Assembly: GCA_964636055.1 (NCBI GenBank)
Contig: CAZWPI010000001.1
Coordinates: 1 to 56,652, forward strand
Direction: 5' to 3'
DNA: 56,652 bases
Source of the DNA: an uncultured Candidatus Bathyarchaeia archaeon
GTDB taxonomy: Archaea > Thermoproteota > Bathyarchaeia > Bathyarchaeales > Bathycorpusculaceae
Shown here in pieces: positions 1 through 8,936 of the stretch. The position numbers and the translations under genes were made by a program. A model generated the notes under the pieces. That model searched no databases. It saw only the letters and a program-made list of their open reading frames with translations, and was not told the origin of the DNA. Each line of letters starts with the position of its first letter. The stretch's first letter is position 1.

Positions 1-243
1 TCAAGTACTTCAGAGAACTCAGACAAGCGCTTCCTATAGTGGAAGAAGCCAGAAACGGTATACTTGCTCCTTATTAACTTCTGCCTAAGTTAGGCACGCA
101 AAACACGCTCTAAATTCTTTGACCAAGACGGGTTCATATCCGTAGCGGATCTTGTCATGTGTTTTTTCAAAAGATAGAACGCTTAATGGATTTGGATATG
201 CTTTAATCTCAGAGAAAGGTAAATCATGGTCTATGGTGAGTAG

Positions 244-435
244 ATGTATTTTAAATGCAGAGATGTTGAAACTTCGGAAGACATTTTTATTGATACAGAT
301 TCCGACTTAGAAGTGGGAAACACTTTTCGCTTTAATGCAAGAAATTATGTCGTGCTAAAGGAAATTGACCCGATGTCGAAAGAAGCGGAAAGAATTTCAT
401 GCAGTGAATTGAAACGAATACCTCGTGTAAGATAG
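244..435 (+). CDS. hypothetical small protein (63 aa)
   Basis: ATG ORF from track; no recognisable motif. Confidence 0.25.
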   Translation: MYFKCRDVETSEDIFIDTDSDLEVGNTFRFNARNYVVLKEIDPMSKEAERISCSELKRIPRVR

Positions 436-457
436 AACTCATTAGCGCGCACATACT

Positions 458-1420
458 CTATTTACCCATCATGAAAAGAGCCATTTCCACATCTGCAATA
501 CTGAAGGGATAACCTTGTTCATTCAGGAAATCTCTCATAACTTCCATCACCCAGATGAGCGTTTGATAATTGGATGCCCATTGTTCGTAAGTGCAAGCGT
601 CTCCAGGACGACTTCTGCCGGGTGGACATTTAATGGCTCTATTCCCCGTTAGCTTCAATGTCTTAATGGCTGTCCCAACCCGGCTGTCATATATCGCAAG
701 ATGATTCTGGTCAAAAAGCCCAATAATTTTTGAAGCTGAGGATATCCCAACACCTCTTATTGACATGAGGCGAAGAACCGCTTTAGATAAATCTTCTTCA
801 TCCAAGAAACGAAACGCTTCCCTCGTAATAGCCAGGACTCCAGTTTCATCTCTAAGCGGAAAAGGAGGAAAACCGCCCCAAGCCATCACCCTGTCCAGAG
901 TCTCAATATCAAGACCACACCCATTCCTGATTCTCGACAAGACGATTTCCCTCGAAACAAGGTTCCTTTCTGCAACTGATGAATTCAAGGCTTTACCGTT
1001 CCAAGAATAGTTCTTTCTGCCAGAAATTATAGCAGTCTGGTTATCTCTTACCCACAATTCTATAATTCCAGAATTGCTCTCAAGAAAAGCAGACCTTTGG
1101 CTCCCTTGCAACTCTTTTGAAACCTTAAACTGTTCAATTGGGGTGGACCGTCTCTGAGTCTGCTCACGTAGCTTGTACTTTCCATCACCAAGATAAACAA
1201 GATGACCATGTTTTCTGCGGGTAGACGGATAATGAACACTTGACGGGTGTTCTGGAGCCATCGCCACCACAAATGTTCTAATCGTAATTGTGGGAATCGC
1301 GGGATTCTTTCGATGAACTCTCTCAACAATTTCTGCTGCGGTAAAAGGCTTTTCTCCAATTTCCTGAGTTGCATGTAAAACCCATTTCCAAATCGGTTGC
1401 CCATACTTCAAATTTACCAC
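458..1420 (-). CDS. hypothetical protein, N-terminal winged-helix-like part plus C-terminal helix-hairpin-helix / Ogg-fold-like part
   Basis: 320-aa ORF; C-terminal MSIRGVGISSASKIIGLF...IYDSRVG resembles the HhH GxG loop of DNA-glycosylase-fold proteins; by eye only. Confidence 0.5.
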   Translation of the reverse strand: MVNLKYGQPIWKWVLHATQEIGEKPFTAAEIVERVHRKNPAIPTITIRTFVVAMAPEHPSSVHYPSTRRKHGHLVYLGDGKYKLREQTQRRSTPIEQFKVSKELQGSQRSAFLESNSGIIELWVRDNQTAIISGRKNYSWNGKALNSSVAERNLVSREIVLSRIRNGCGLDIETLDRVMAWGGFPPFPLRDETGVLAITREAFRFLDEEDLSKAVLRLMSIRGVGISSASKIIGLFDQNHLAIYDSRVGTAIKTLKLTGNRAIKCPPGRSRPGDACTYEQWASNYQTLIWVMEVMRDFLNEQGYPFSIADVEMALFMMGK

Positions 1421-1636
1421 CCTATGATAATGTGATTTCCAAAAATAAGATTTTTATTTTTTTAGCGCACGCTACGCTTATACAAAGCACATCTTTGCCA
1501 AGAACAAATGGAAGCCAAATACGTTAAAGTTTTTAATAGTCGGTTCTGCTTGAGAAAGATGTTTAAAATTTACTTGATATATTTCAACGGGCTTCTTTCC
1601 AAATACGCGCAATTTGGGAAAAAAGGTGAGATGTAG

Positions 1637-2610
1637 ATGGATGTGACAGTTGGGACATTCAACCTGAGAAACCTTTTCTCGCAGTACAATTTCAAGGCCA
1701 AGATTGACGAAATCATTAGTTCTGACGGAGGAACATTGAATGGCGAGCTGAAGTACGAATTCGGCTACGCTGACATATGGACGATACGCAAATATCAGGG
1801 CAGCCTGGTGAAGGGAAAGCAACAGGCGGAAACAGAGAAGATCGCACAGCGCATCAAGGATATGAACGTCGACGTACTGGCAGTTCAAGAGGTTGAAGAC
1901 CTTGACACCCTGCATCAGTTTAATCGCGACTATTTAGGCAGCTTGTACCGATATTGTGTGTTGGTCGAGGGCAACGACCCTCGTCTCATCGACGTTGGGA
2001 TCCTTTCCACGCTCCCAGTCGGCGGAGTTACTTCGTGGAAACACGCGGTGCATCCCAGTGATCCAACGCGCTCTGTCTTTGGCCGTGATCTTCTTGAGGT
2101 CGAAATTCTAAACCCATCGCGATCAAAAACGCTCTTCAGGATCTTTAACAATCACCTCAAGAGCCATTTCGTCGGTGCTGGCATGGAGACAGCCGCTGGC
2201 AGGCAATCGAACGACGAGCGTCGCACCCGCCAGGCTGAGATGGTAGCGGAAATCGTGAAGGCGAGAACCCGACCTGGCAGTTCGTTCATTGTGTTGGGTG
2301 ACATGAATGATCCCCGGACTCGCAGTGCCTTCGGCCTTTTGTGGCGGATCAAGAATTGCGACTGAACAACGCGTTATCGGATCCGAGGGAAACGCGACCC
2401 CCAAAGGCTGACACGCCACCACCAGCCTCTACGGCTTGGACGCATCGATACAAGCCAAGCGGTCAACCTGCAGAGTACGAGCTGTACGACCAGATTTGGT
2501 TAAGCCCTGCACTGGCGGCCAAGCAGACTGAAGCTTGGATCGACCGCCGAAAACTGCATAAAGGCGAAGGCAGCGATCATGATCCGGCATGGATCAAACT
2601 ACGCCTTTAG
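1637..2610 (+). pseudogene. endonuclease/exonuclease/phosphatase (EEP) family gene split by a frameshift
   Basis: 1637..2365 carries VGTFNLRNL, DVLAVQEVED, NNHLKSH, IVLGDMND; 2341..2610 in another frame ends GSDHDPAWI (EEP C-terminal signature); frames join if CCCC at 2312..2315 were CCCCC. Confidence 0.75.
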
Positions 2611-2783
2611 GAAAAAGAGTCGCGCTCGTTCATGTCTCTCCTTTTAGGATTTTTATATTAAATCATTAAATAAATTCACAAAGTTAAGTAAGCGTTATGA
2701 GGCGGGGTTCCGGAGAAGGTCGGCGCCCGCTCGAGCTGTTCATAGATACTTGCTAGTTTGGGAACTGTAACTCTTCTGAAAGT

Positions 2784-3365
2784 CTACGTAGGATACACTC
2801 GGTTCCAATCTGCGTCATAGGCATTTAATGCGCCCCCTACTTCATTCTTCCATTCGTCAATTGGAACCTTAATTGACACGACCTCAGTCTGTGGCAGTGC
2901 GAAACCTTGAACATATATAGTCAGCGTTACATAAATCCAGAATGTTGCTTCCATCTTATCGCTTAAGCGTCGAAGCATGTCAACTTGTGGATAGAAAATA
3001 ATTAAGATTTTAGAATCACCTGATATTTGGCGATATTCCAAAGACTGGTCCACGAAGGCTCCCGCCAATTTGCCTCTTCCATACTCTTTGTCAAATTCAA
3101 CCTTGAACAATATTCTATCGATAACAAGTTCAGAATTCAACTTATTCATCGCTTTAAGGGATAGAGACATTGATGGTCTCTTTAAATCATGCTCATAGCG
3201 GATGTGTACTTCCTTCATTTCAAATTCTAATGGAGGAAAGGGGTTTTTTCTGTTCTGTATATACATTTGGATGCTTTTTCGGGTCAATTCGGACCAGTTT
3301 ACATCAGGAAACTTTTCCATCTCAGCCTTAAGGTCTTCGGGTATAGATACTGTGAAGTTTACCAT
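2784..3365 (-). CDS. hypothetical protein with ribbon-helix-helix-like N-terminus
   Basis: 193-aa ORF; N-terminus VSIPEDLKAEMEKF...WSELTRKSIQMYI looks CopG/RHH-like; rest unassigned. Confidence 0.5.
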   Translation of the reverse strand: MVNFTVSIPEDLKAEMEKFPDVNWSELTRKSIQMYIQNRKNPFPPLEFEMKEVHIRYEHDLKRPSMSLSLKAMNKLNSELVIDRILFKVEFDKEYGRGKLAGAFVDQSLEYRQISGDSKILIIFYPQVDMLRRLSDKMEATFWIYVTLTIYVQGFALPQTEVVSIKVPIDEWKNEVGGALNAYDADWNRVYPT

Positions 3366-3492
3366 AATAACTCACCCGTATCACATTTCTGGAACACATG
3401 TTAATATGTGTGTAACACGTATCTATTTAAAGTTTAGCTTTGATGGTTTTGTCTGGAGAATCGTCAGTTAGGATTACTACCGCATAAATGTA

Positions 3493-3525
3493 CAAAAAGA
3501 GAGAGGGGTGTGCGGAGATTTCTCC
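3493..3525 (+). repeat. oligoA / G-run / GCGGAGA-hairpin block, copy A
   Basis: CAAAAAGAGAGAGGGGTGTGCGGAGATTTCTCC; aligns with copies at 3569, 3746, 7211. Confidence 0.6.
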
Positions 3526-3568
3526 AAAAGCGCTATGTTGAGGCTGGACTCCAATCAAAGCGCTTATT

Positions 3569-3607
3569 GAAAAAGAAAAAAAGAGGGATTGTGCGGGAGA
3601 CGTCTCC
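3569..3607 (+). repeat. oligoA / G-run / GCGGGAGAC-hairpin block, copy B
   Basis: GAAAAAGAAAAAAAGAGGGATTGTGCGGGAGACGTCTCC. Confidence 0.6.
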
Positions 3608-3745
3608 ACTTGCCGTTTGTTCCGCCGAACTTGTATCCGCTTAGGTTTCTTCCGTTTTCGACTACTTAGAGCTGGCCCCTGGGCTGACATGATCCATTCA
3701 ATATAATGATGGCTGCGTCAGGAAGATAAAAGCATGTGCATGATA

Positions 3746-3778
3746 GAAAAAAGGGGGGGTTGCGCGGGAGACATCGCC
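3746..3778 (+). repeat. oligoA / G-run / GCGGGAGAC block, copy C
   Basis: GAAAAAAGGGGGGGTTGCGCGGGAGACATCGCC. Confidence 0.6.
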
Positions 3779-4391
3779 ACCTGCTGCGGAATAAGAAGTA
3801 AAACCTAACAAACCCAAATGGAATAAAAAACTGTTTGAATCCCAGCGGACCCGCTCCCATTTAGGGTAAAGTCCCATAGAGACCCAAAACACTTCAGGCT
3901 CGAATCCGATTAATTCCGCTGAGGTTCCAACTCAACTTTGTCTGTTTGAGGTCCTAAAAAACGACGACTGAAGGGATTCGAACCTCAATTTACCGGTAAA
4001 AGTACGCGCGTGCTTTTTCTAAAACAGAAAAAAATAGAGCAATCTTTTTTTCCTTTAGTTTAGAAATTAGAAATTTAGAAAATGACCAAAAGCGCGAGCT
4101 ACTACCTGTTACTCCTCTTCCAGACATTGTAGGGACACTTGTTCCAACAATAACTGTTTCCTTGATAGATGCAATCTCTGCACTCAGGATTGCTAAAAAT
4201 CCTACTCTTACTCACAAAGACGCCAATAAACCAATATACTCGTCATTAGCATATCAAGTTTGCCCAAGAAACAAAAACGCATGCTATTCTTAGTCTGTAA
4301 CTAAGTCTTACCCTATAATAACGCCTATGAAACATACGGCCTTTTATAAAGGGTATTTAAGCATCCGCTGTACTATAAGAAGCGGTGTTTA

Positions 4392-4952
4392 ATGCCGAAG
4401 ACTGAAGCCATAATAACCATTCAAAATGTTGTTGCTACTGGAACTATGAACCAGAAAGTTGATTTAAACGCTGTTGTTAAGGTTTATCCAGGCGTAGAGT
4501 ATCGTCCGGAACGGTTTCCGGGGTTAGTATTTAGGCTTAAGAGACCGAAGACGGCTACGTTGATTTTTAGCACTGGTAAAATGGTTTGTACTGGAGCAAG
4601 ATCGGGAAAGGAATCCCGCAGTGCAATCATGAAGGTTGTTAAAGAACTGAAAAAGGTCGGAATAATCATCCTCAGCAAGCCAGACTTTAGGGTTGTGAAC
4701 ATTGTTGCCTCTGCAAGTCTAGGCGGAAAGGTAGATTTGGAGAAGATAGCTGTTACGCTTAGAAAAACGATGTATGAGCCGGAGCAGTTTCCAGGCTTGA
4801 TCTACAGGATGGACGAGCCTAAGGTGGTTATACTGATATTCGCAACCGGTAACCTTGTTGTGACAGGAGCGAAGGTAGAACAGGATGTTTATGACGCGGT
4901 GCATAAGCTTCACGGAAGCTTGGAGGAACAAAACCTCATATTCTACGAATAA
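4392..4952 (+). CDS. tbp: TATA-box binding protein
   Basis: 186 aa with the two TBP repeats (RPERFPGLVFRLKRPKTATLIFSTGKMVCTGA / EPEQFPGLIYRMDEPKVVILIFATGNLVVTGA). Confidence 0.97.
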   Translation: MPKTEAIITIQNVVATGTMNQKVDLNAVVKVYPGVEYRPERFPGLVFRLKRPKTATLIFSTGKMVCTGARSGKESRSAIMKVVKELKKVGIIILSKPDFRVVNIVASASLGGKVDLEKIAVTLRKTMYEPEQFPGLIYRMDEPKVVILIFATGNLVVTGAKVEQDVYDAVHKLHGSLEEQNLIFYE

Positions 4953-5128
4953 ACCTCCATACGTTAATAATTAAATTTTAATCCAACTGCACATTTTTTG
5001 TTGAATGTTGAATGTTAAAGCGCGCGCTTGTTGCGTTTATTAGTTTGTTTGTTAATGTTTAACCCTAATGTTCAGTGTCTACTTAGACGCGGAATATTGC
5101 ATGTACTCAAATCAACAACAAAAAAGGA

Positions 5129-5560
5129 GTGAAAAAAATGACGGAAGAAACAACCCCGAAACCTGTAGCTGAAAAGGCAGAAGAATCGACTTCCAAACAA
5201 GCAGTTGAGGACTCAGAAAAATCCACCCCTAAAACAGTCGCTGAAGAAACAAAGAGAACGACCAAGAAACCCGTAGAGAAAAAACCAGACGTTATTTTCA
5301 TCGGAAACAAACCACCCATGAGCTATGTGATGGCAGTCATGACTGCGCTATCTTCAGGTGCTATCACTGAAGTTACGCTTAAGGCCAGAGGCAGAGCAAT
5401 AACCACTGCTGTGGACGTGGCTGAAATAACCAGCAACCGCTTCATAAAAGATTTAGCAGTCACATCGGTAGGTATCGGAACGGAAGAGATGCCTGCAAGA
5501 GAAGGCGATAACAGGTCAAGAAACGTTTCAATAATAGAGATAAAACTTGCGAAGATATAG
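5129..5560 (+). CDS. albA: Alba (Sso10b-type) DNA/RNA-binding protein with ~50-aa charged N-terminal extension
   Basis: C-terminal ~90 aa: [16 protein letters not shown]...[17 protein letters not shown]...VSIIEIKL; N-terminal E/K/T-rich low-complexity part. Confidence 0.85.
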   Translation: MKKMTEETTPKPVAEKAEESTSKQAVEDSEKSTPKTVAEETKRTTKKPVEKKPDVIFIGNKPPMSYVMAVMTALSSGAITEVTLKARGRAITTAVDVAEITSNRFIKDLAVTSVGIGTEEMPAREGDNRSRNVSIIEIKLAKI

Positions 5561-5904
5561 AATCAGTGCTGAACTCGAGAATAATTATTCTCCAATTTTT
5601 TGTACGGGGAGACCACAACAAAACTAATCCTAAAACCACACTTTTTTGTAACGCGCGTATGGGAATGAAGAAAGAAAATGAATAGTTAAAAGTTAAAGAT
5701 CCTGTGAATGGTAATATGTCCGTGAGTTTTGTCACTACTTCGGCTTTTTTCCGTATGCAGGATATTTCTTAAGTTTTGCATTATTACAGATTACGCAAAG
5801 CCCCCAAGGTTATAGAGGGCGCGCGCCAAGTTTTCAGCCAAAAGACCTAAATCAAGCGCATGCTATTTTTTACGGCATCAAAATAATGGGAATTAAGAAA
5901 TCAC

Positions 5905-6771
5905 TTGCGGAATCAAAGAATACTGCTTTTTGTTTGCCTCTTATTTTTAGCAAGCTTCTTGCTCGTAGCTCAGTTAAAAAACAGTTTCGTCATGATAGAC
6001 TTGCAAACGGATTCTTGGGCAGCGTCGATCCAGACAGATTCGTTTACTGCAATAGCTGTTGTAATTGCCTACATTTTTGATACAACTTCCCTGGCTGCGG
6101 TTTCTTTGGTGTTGGCTGTGTACTTATTCTACAGAAATTACAGAAAATACAGCGTGTTGCTGTTGACAGCTATGGGTGGAGACGCTCTCATAGTCTTGAT
6201 AGCAAAAACTTTGGTTCATTCACCCAGACCGCTAAACGGTTTAGTCTATGACGCAGGTTTTTCCTTTCCCAGCGGGCATACTACGGCAAGCATAGTTTTT
6301 TGCGGTTTGCTGACTTATCTCGCTTGGCAACATTGGAAATCTCCCAAAGCGAAAACAGTATCTAGCGCGCTTTCTATTACAATAATCTCAATCGTAGCCT
6401 TTGACAGAATATACCTCAATGTCCACTGGTTCAGTGATGTTGTTGGAGGCTGCCTTTTGGGGTTATTTTGGCTCACATTCTCATTATGGGTTTTCAGATA
6501 CGTAGAAAAAACCAAGGTATTTCAAAGGTCCAAATTCTGGACTAAACCCGCATCCGTATCAGCTCAACTCGTGCTAATCAAAACGCGAGCCAAAATCCAA
6601 CAGAACATGGAGCAAAGCCTTTTTTCCCCAGCTGGAAAAAGGGGCATCTGCTGTTACCAGTCGTCTCCTTCTTCGTCCCAACCTTCGTCGTCCTCAACGT
6701 CCTCTTCCTCAAACAATCGTGAGCACCTCCCAAAAAATGGTAAAGCGCCAGCTACACTAAACCTTTTCTGA
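5905..6771 (+). CDS. PAP2-family membrane phosphatase
   Basis: KTLVHSPRP, PSGH, FDRIYLNVHWFSDV motifs and several TM helices; Ser-rich last ~60 aa may be read-through, 3' end uncertain. Confidence 0.8.
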   Translation: MRNQRILLFVCLLFLASFLLVAQLKNSFVMIDLQTDSWAASIQTDSFTAIAVVIAYIFDTTSLAAVSLVLAVYLFYRNYRKYSVLLLTAMGGDALIVLIAKTLVHSPRPLNGLVYDAGFSFPSGHTTASIVFCGLLTYLAWQHWKSPKAKTVSSALSITIISIVAFDRIYLNVHWFSDVVGGCLLGLFWLTFSLWVFRYVEKTKVFQRSKFWTKPASVSAQLVLIKTRAKIQQNMEQSLFSPAGKRGICCYQSSPSSSQPSSSSTSSSSNNREHLPKNGKAPATLNLF

Positions 6772-6900
6772 ATTTTGGGTATTGAGCCGCGAATGAGGCT
6801 CACACAGGAAACGAATCCTTGTGGAGACAAATAACTGGGTATTACAAAGAATTTGTTATTTGTCTCAAAAAAGAGTTGCAAGAAACGCCTTCCGATGTAT

Positions 6901-7134
6901 CTATTCTTCAGTTAGCATTAGTGTTAGTGTCGACCTTACGTTCTTGATTTTTCTAAGGTGATGCGTCACAAGTTCCTTTAACCTTTCCATGGAATCAGCT
7001 TTAACTTTAACGACTAAGTCGTACACGCCGTAAGAAACGTAGGCTTCCTGTACCCCTCCAATACTCCTTACGTCCTTCAGCACTTGGTCTTCGGAACCTG
7101 CCCCAACATTGAACAGGACGTATGCTCGCGGCAT
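6901..7134 (-). CDS. stand-alone Lrp/AsnC-type ligand-binding (RAM) domain protein
   Basis: 77 aa, AYVLFNV...IGGVQEAYVSYGVYDLVVKV pattern. Confidence 0.8.
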   Translation of the reverse strand: MPRAYVLFNVGAGSEDQVLKDVRSIGGVQEAYVSYGVYDLVVKVKADSMERLKELVTHHLRKIKNVRSTLTLMLTEE

Positions 7135-7210
7135 TTCAAATCTCCTCTAGACTTCCACTCTTTCATCATAATTAAATCGTTCTACCCTTCCAGTTGGAAG
7201 GGATGTTATC

Positions 7211-7242
7211 AAAAGAAAAAAAGGAAATTGCGGGATATTTCC
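7211..7242 (+). repeat. oligoA / GCGGGA block, copy D
   Basis: AAAAGAAAAAAAGGAAATTGCGGGATATTTCC; related to 3493/3569/3746. Confidence 0.5.
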
Positions 7243-7285
7243 ACTTTTGTTGGGGGCTCGAATCCTTACCAGCGCCATCTTTTTG

Positions 7286-7312
7286 AAAACAGAAGAAAAA
7301 GCCTTCTGTTTT
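7286..7312. other. perfect 10-bp stem hairpin (AAAACAGAAG / CTTCTGTTTT), T/A-run flanked on both strands
   Basis: read directly; lies between divergent genes where no terminator is expected. Confidence 0.7.
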
Positions 7313-7320
7313 AGTGAGGT

Positions 7321-7342
7321 TCTGAACCCAATTGGGTTCAGA
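7321..7342. repeat. perfect 22-nt palindrome TCTGAACCCAATTGGGTTCAGA
   Basis: read directly; a diverged copy with flanks at 21483..21515 (core hairpin 21489..21506). Confidence 0.8.
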
Positions 7343-7568
7343 GACGAGCAGCCTTATCCATTGCTATTTGTTTGCATGTGAATGTGCATAGTTGAGGGCT
7401 AAGAACACGACTTATTGAAAATCGAAACTCAAAAGTCTCGTAAAAACTTATCAGATTTATGGACTTGACCCCGTTTGGGGGCTAGTCCAGCAGACCCGCG
7501 ATTTTCAACTGTAAACGAAATGTAAAAAAGGGCTTTTTTCACATTCTATAGAGAATAGAATCATTTGG

Positions 7569-8603
7569 ATGGTGGTTTTGATGAAACGGAAGGATTACCT
7601 GCAGAGTCCAGTGAAGCACATAAAAATAAACGGCACGCTGACAGTGAACCAGCTGATCCAACAGTTTCAGGGTTCAGGCTCTTTCGGGGCTGGAAGGCTC
7701 GCTCGGGCGTGCAACATTTACGAGAAAATGCTGCGAGACAAAGACTGCACCGTGTTTCTAGCTCTTTCTGGCGCCCTGGTTCCAGCGGGAATGCGCGCGC
7801 TCGTCACCGACCTCATTCGTGCAAGACTCGTCGATGTTATAGTCAGCACTGGAGCCAGCATGGTCCACGACACCATTGAAGCTTTGAATGGGCATCACTA
7901 TAAGGGAAGTTGGACCGCGGATGACCGTGAGCTTTACAGGTACCACATTTTCCGCATTTACGATGTTTTCGTTCCGGAAGAAGACTATGTGAAACTTGAT
8001 TACCAGATTTCTGAAATGTACCGGGAGATCGCGGGTGAGAGAAACGGAGAAAGCCTCTCTTCAAACGAGTTTGCGTGGGAACTGGGCAAGAGGCTCAAGG
8101 ACCCAAACTCTATTCTGCGCGCTGCGTATGAAGAAAACGTGCCCATCTTCATTCCCGCGGTCCGCGACTCGGAATTCGGCTACGTCCATCTGCTTCACGC
8201 TTCACAGGAAAACCAAAAAAACATACTAGCGGTTGACGCCTTCAAGGATGTGCCGCTTATATGCGATATCTGTGGGAAATCGCCTAAAAACGGGATGGTG
8301 GTGATTGGCGGGGGAGTGCCCAGAAACACGGTGCAATCTGCCGCCATAGCAGCCAATAAGGGCATGGACTACGCCGTGGTAATAACCATGGATCGGCCTG
8401 AAACTGGAGGCTTATCAGGTTCTACGCTTAGAGAAAGCATGAGTTGGGGAAAAGTGAGGGGAGACGCCGACAAGATCATGGTTATCGGCGATGCTTTAGT
8501 GATGTTCCCCCTGATTGTGGCTTCTGTGGTTGAGAGGCTGGGTAGCGAGTTCACGCGTACGCCGTATCTTAAACGCAGGCTTGGCACTCGGAGGAGAATG
8601 TGA
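7569..8603 (+). CDS. dys: deoxyhypusine synthase
   Basis: 344 aa; GAGRLARACNIYEKML, FLALSGALVPAGMR, VSTGASMVHD, GGGVPRN pattern of DHS. Confidence 0.92.
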   Translation: MVVLMKRKDYLQSPVKHIKINGTLTVNQLIQQFQGSGSFGAGRLARACNIYEKMLRDKDCTVFLALSGALVPAGMRALVTDLIRARLVDVIVSTGASMVHDTIEALNGHHYKGSWTADDRELYRYHIFRIYDVFVPEEDYVKLDYQISEMYREIAGERNGESLSSNEFAWELGKRLKDPNSILRAAYEENVPIFIPAVRDSEFGYVHLLHASQENQKNILAVDAFKDVPLICDICGKSPKNGMVVIGGGVPRNTVQSAAIAANKGMDYAVVITMDRPETGGLSGSTLRESMSWGKVRGDADKIMVIGDALVMFPLIVASVVERLGSEFTRTPYLKRRLGTRRRM

Positions 8604-8812
8604 TGGAAGGTGTAGAGAAAGAGAAAAGGTTCTGCGGCAACTGTGGCAGCCATAACCCGTACGAGTACCCCACGAGGATGTTCTGTTTAAAGCGCTACGC
8701 CCAAAACAAAGATCCACTAGTAGATACGCTATGGTGCTGTGGCGACTGGAATCCAGTTGTCCAAGCCTGTCACTGCGTCCGAGACGCGCTGAAGGAAAAG
8801 AACGGCGAATAA
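8603..8812 (+). CDS. small Cys-rich (zinc-ribbon-like) hypothetical protein
   Basis: CGNCGS ... WCCGDW ... CHC; start overlaps dys stop. Confidence 0.4.
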   Translation: MEGVEKEKRFCGNCGSHNPYEYPTRMFCLKRYAQNKDPLVDTLWCCGDWNPVVQACHCVRDALKEKNGE

Positions 8813-8863
8813 TGCAACGCTAAAGTTATTACGTAGAATCCGTGTTTTGATGGCATAGGCTGG

Positions 8864-8936
8864 AGCCCGGTGGTGTAGCGGTCAAGCATAGGGGCCTCTG
8901 GAGCCCTCGACGAGAGTTCGAATCTCTCCCGGGCTA
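8864..8936 (+). tRNA. tRNA-Gln (anticodon CUG)
   Basis: 73 nt folded by hand: acceptor AGCCCGG/CCGGGCT, D arm GTGT-AGCGGTCAA-GCAT, anticodon arm GGGGC-CTCTGGA-GCCCT, T arm GAGAG-TTCGAAT-CTCTC, discriminator A; no encoded CCA. Confidence 0.9.

Noticed and set aside
3831-3859. Plus-strand tRNA 3'-end-like sequence TTTGAATCCCAGCGGACCCGCTCCCA
   Set aside because: Only half a T arm is present and no 5' half, so it cannot be called a gene. It is possibly an old att scar.
3956-3990. Possible minus-strand tRNA (GGTTCGAATCCC T-loop-like segment followed by T6)
   Set aside because: The T stem pairs poorly (2 mismatches in 5). No matching 5' acceptor strand (ACGACTG) or D/anticodon arms were found within 200 nt. 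It is kept only as a tRNA-like scrap.
6654-6881. Minus-strand 75-aa ORF with an acidic tail (EEEDVEDDEGWDEEGDDW), opposite the Ser-rich tail of the PAP2 ORF
   Set aside because: The two tails are mirror images of the same GA/TC-rich DNA. Neither can be verified by eye, so the ORF was not annotated and the PAP2 3' end is flagged as uncertain.
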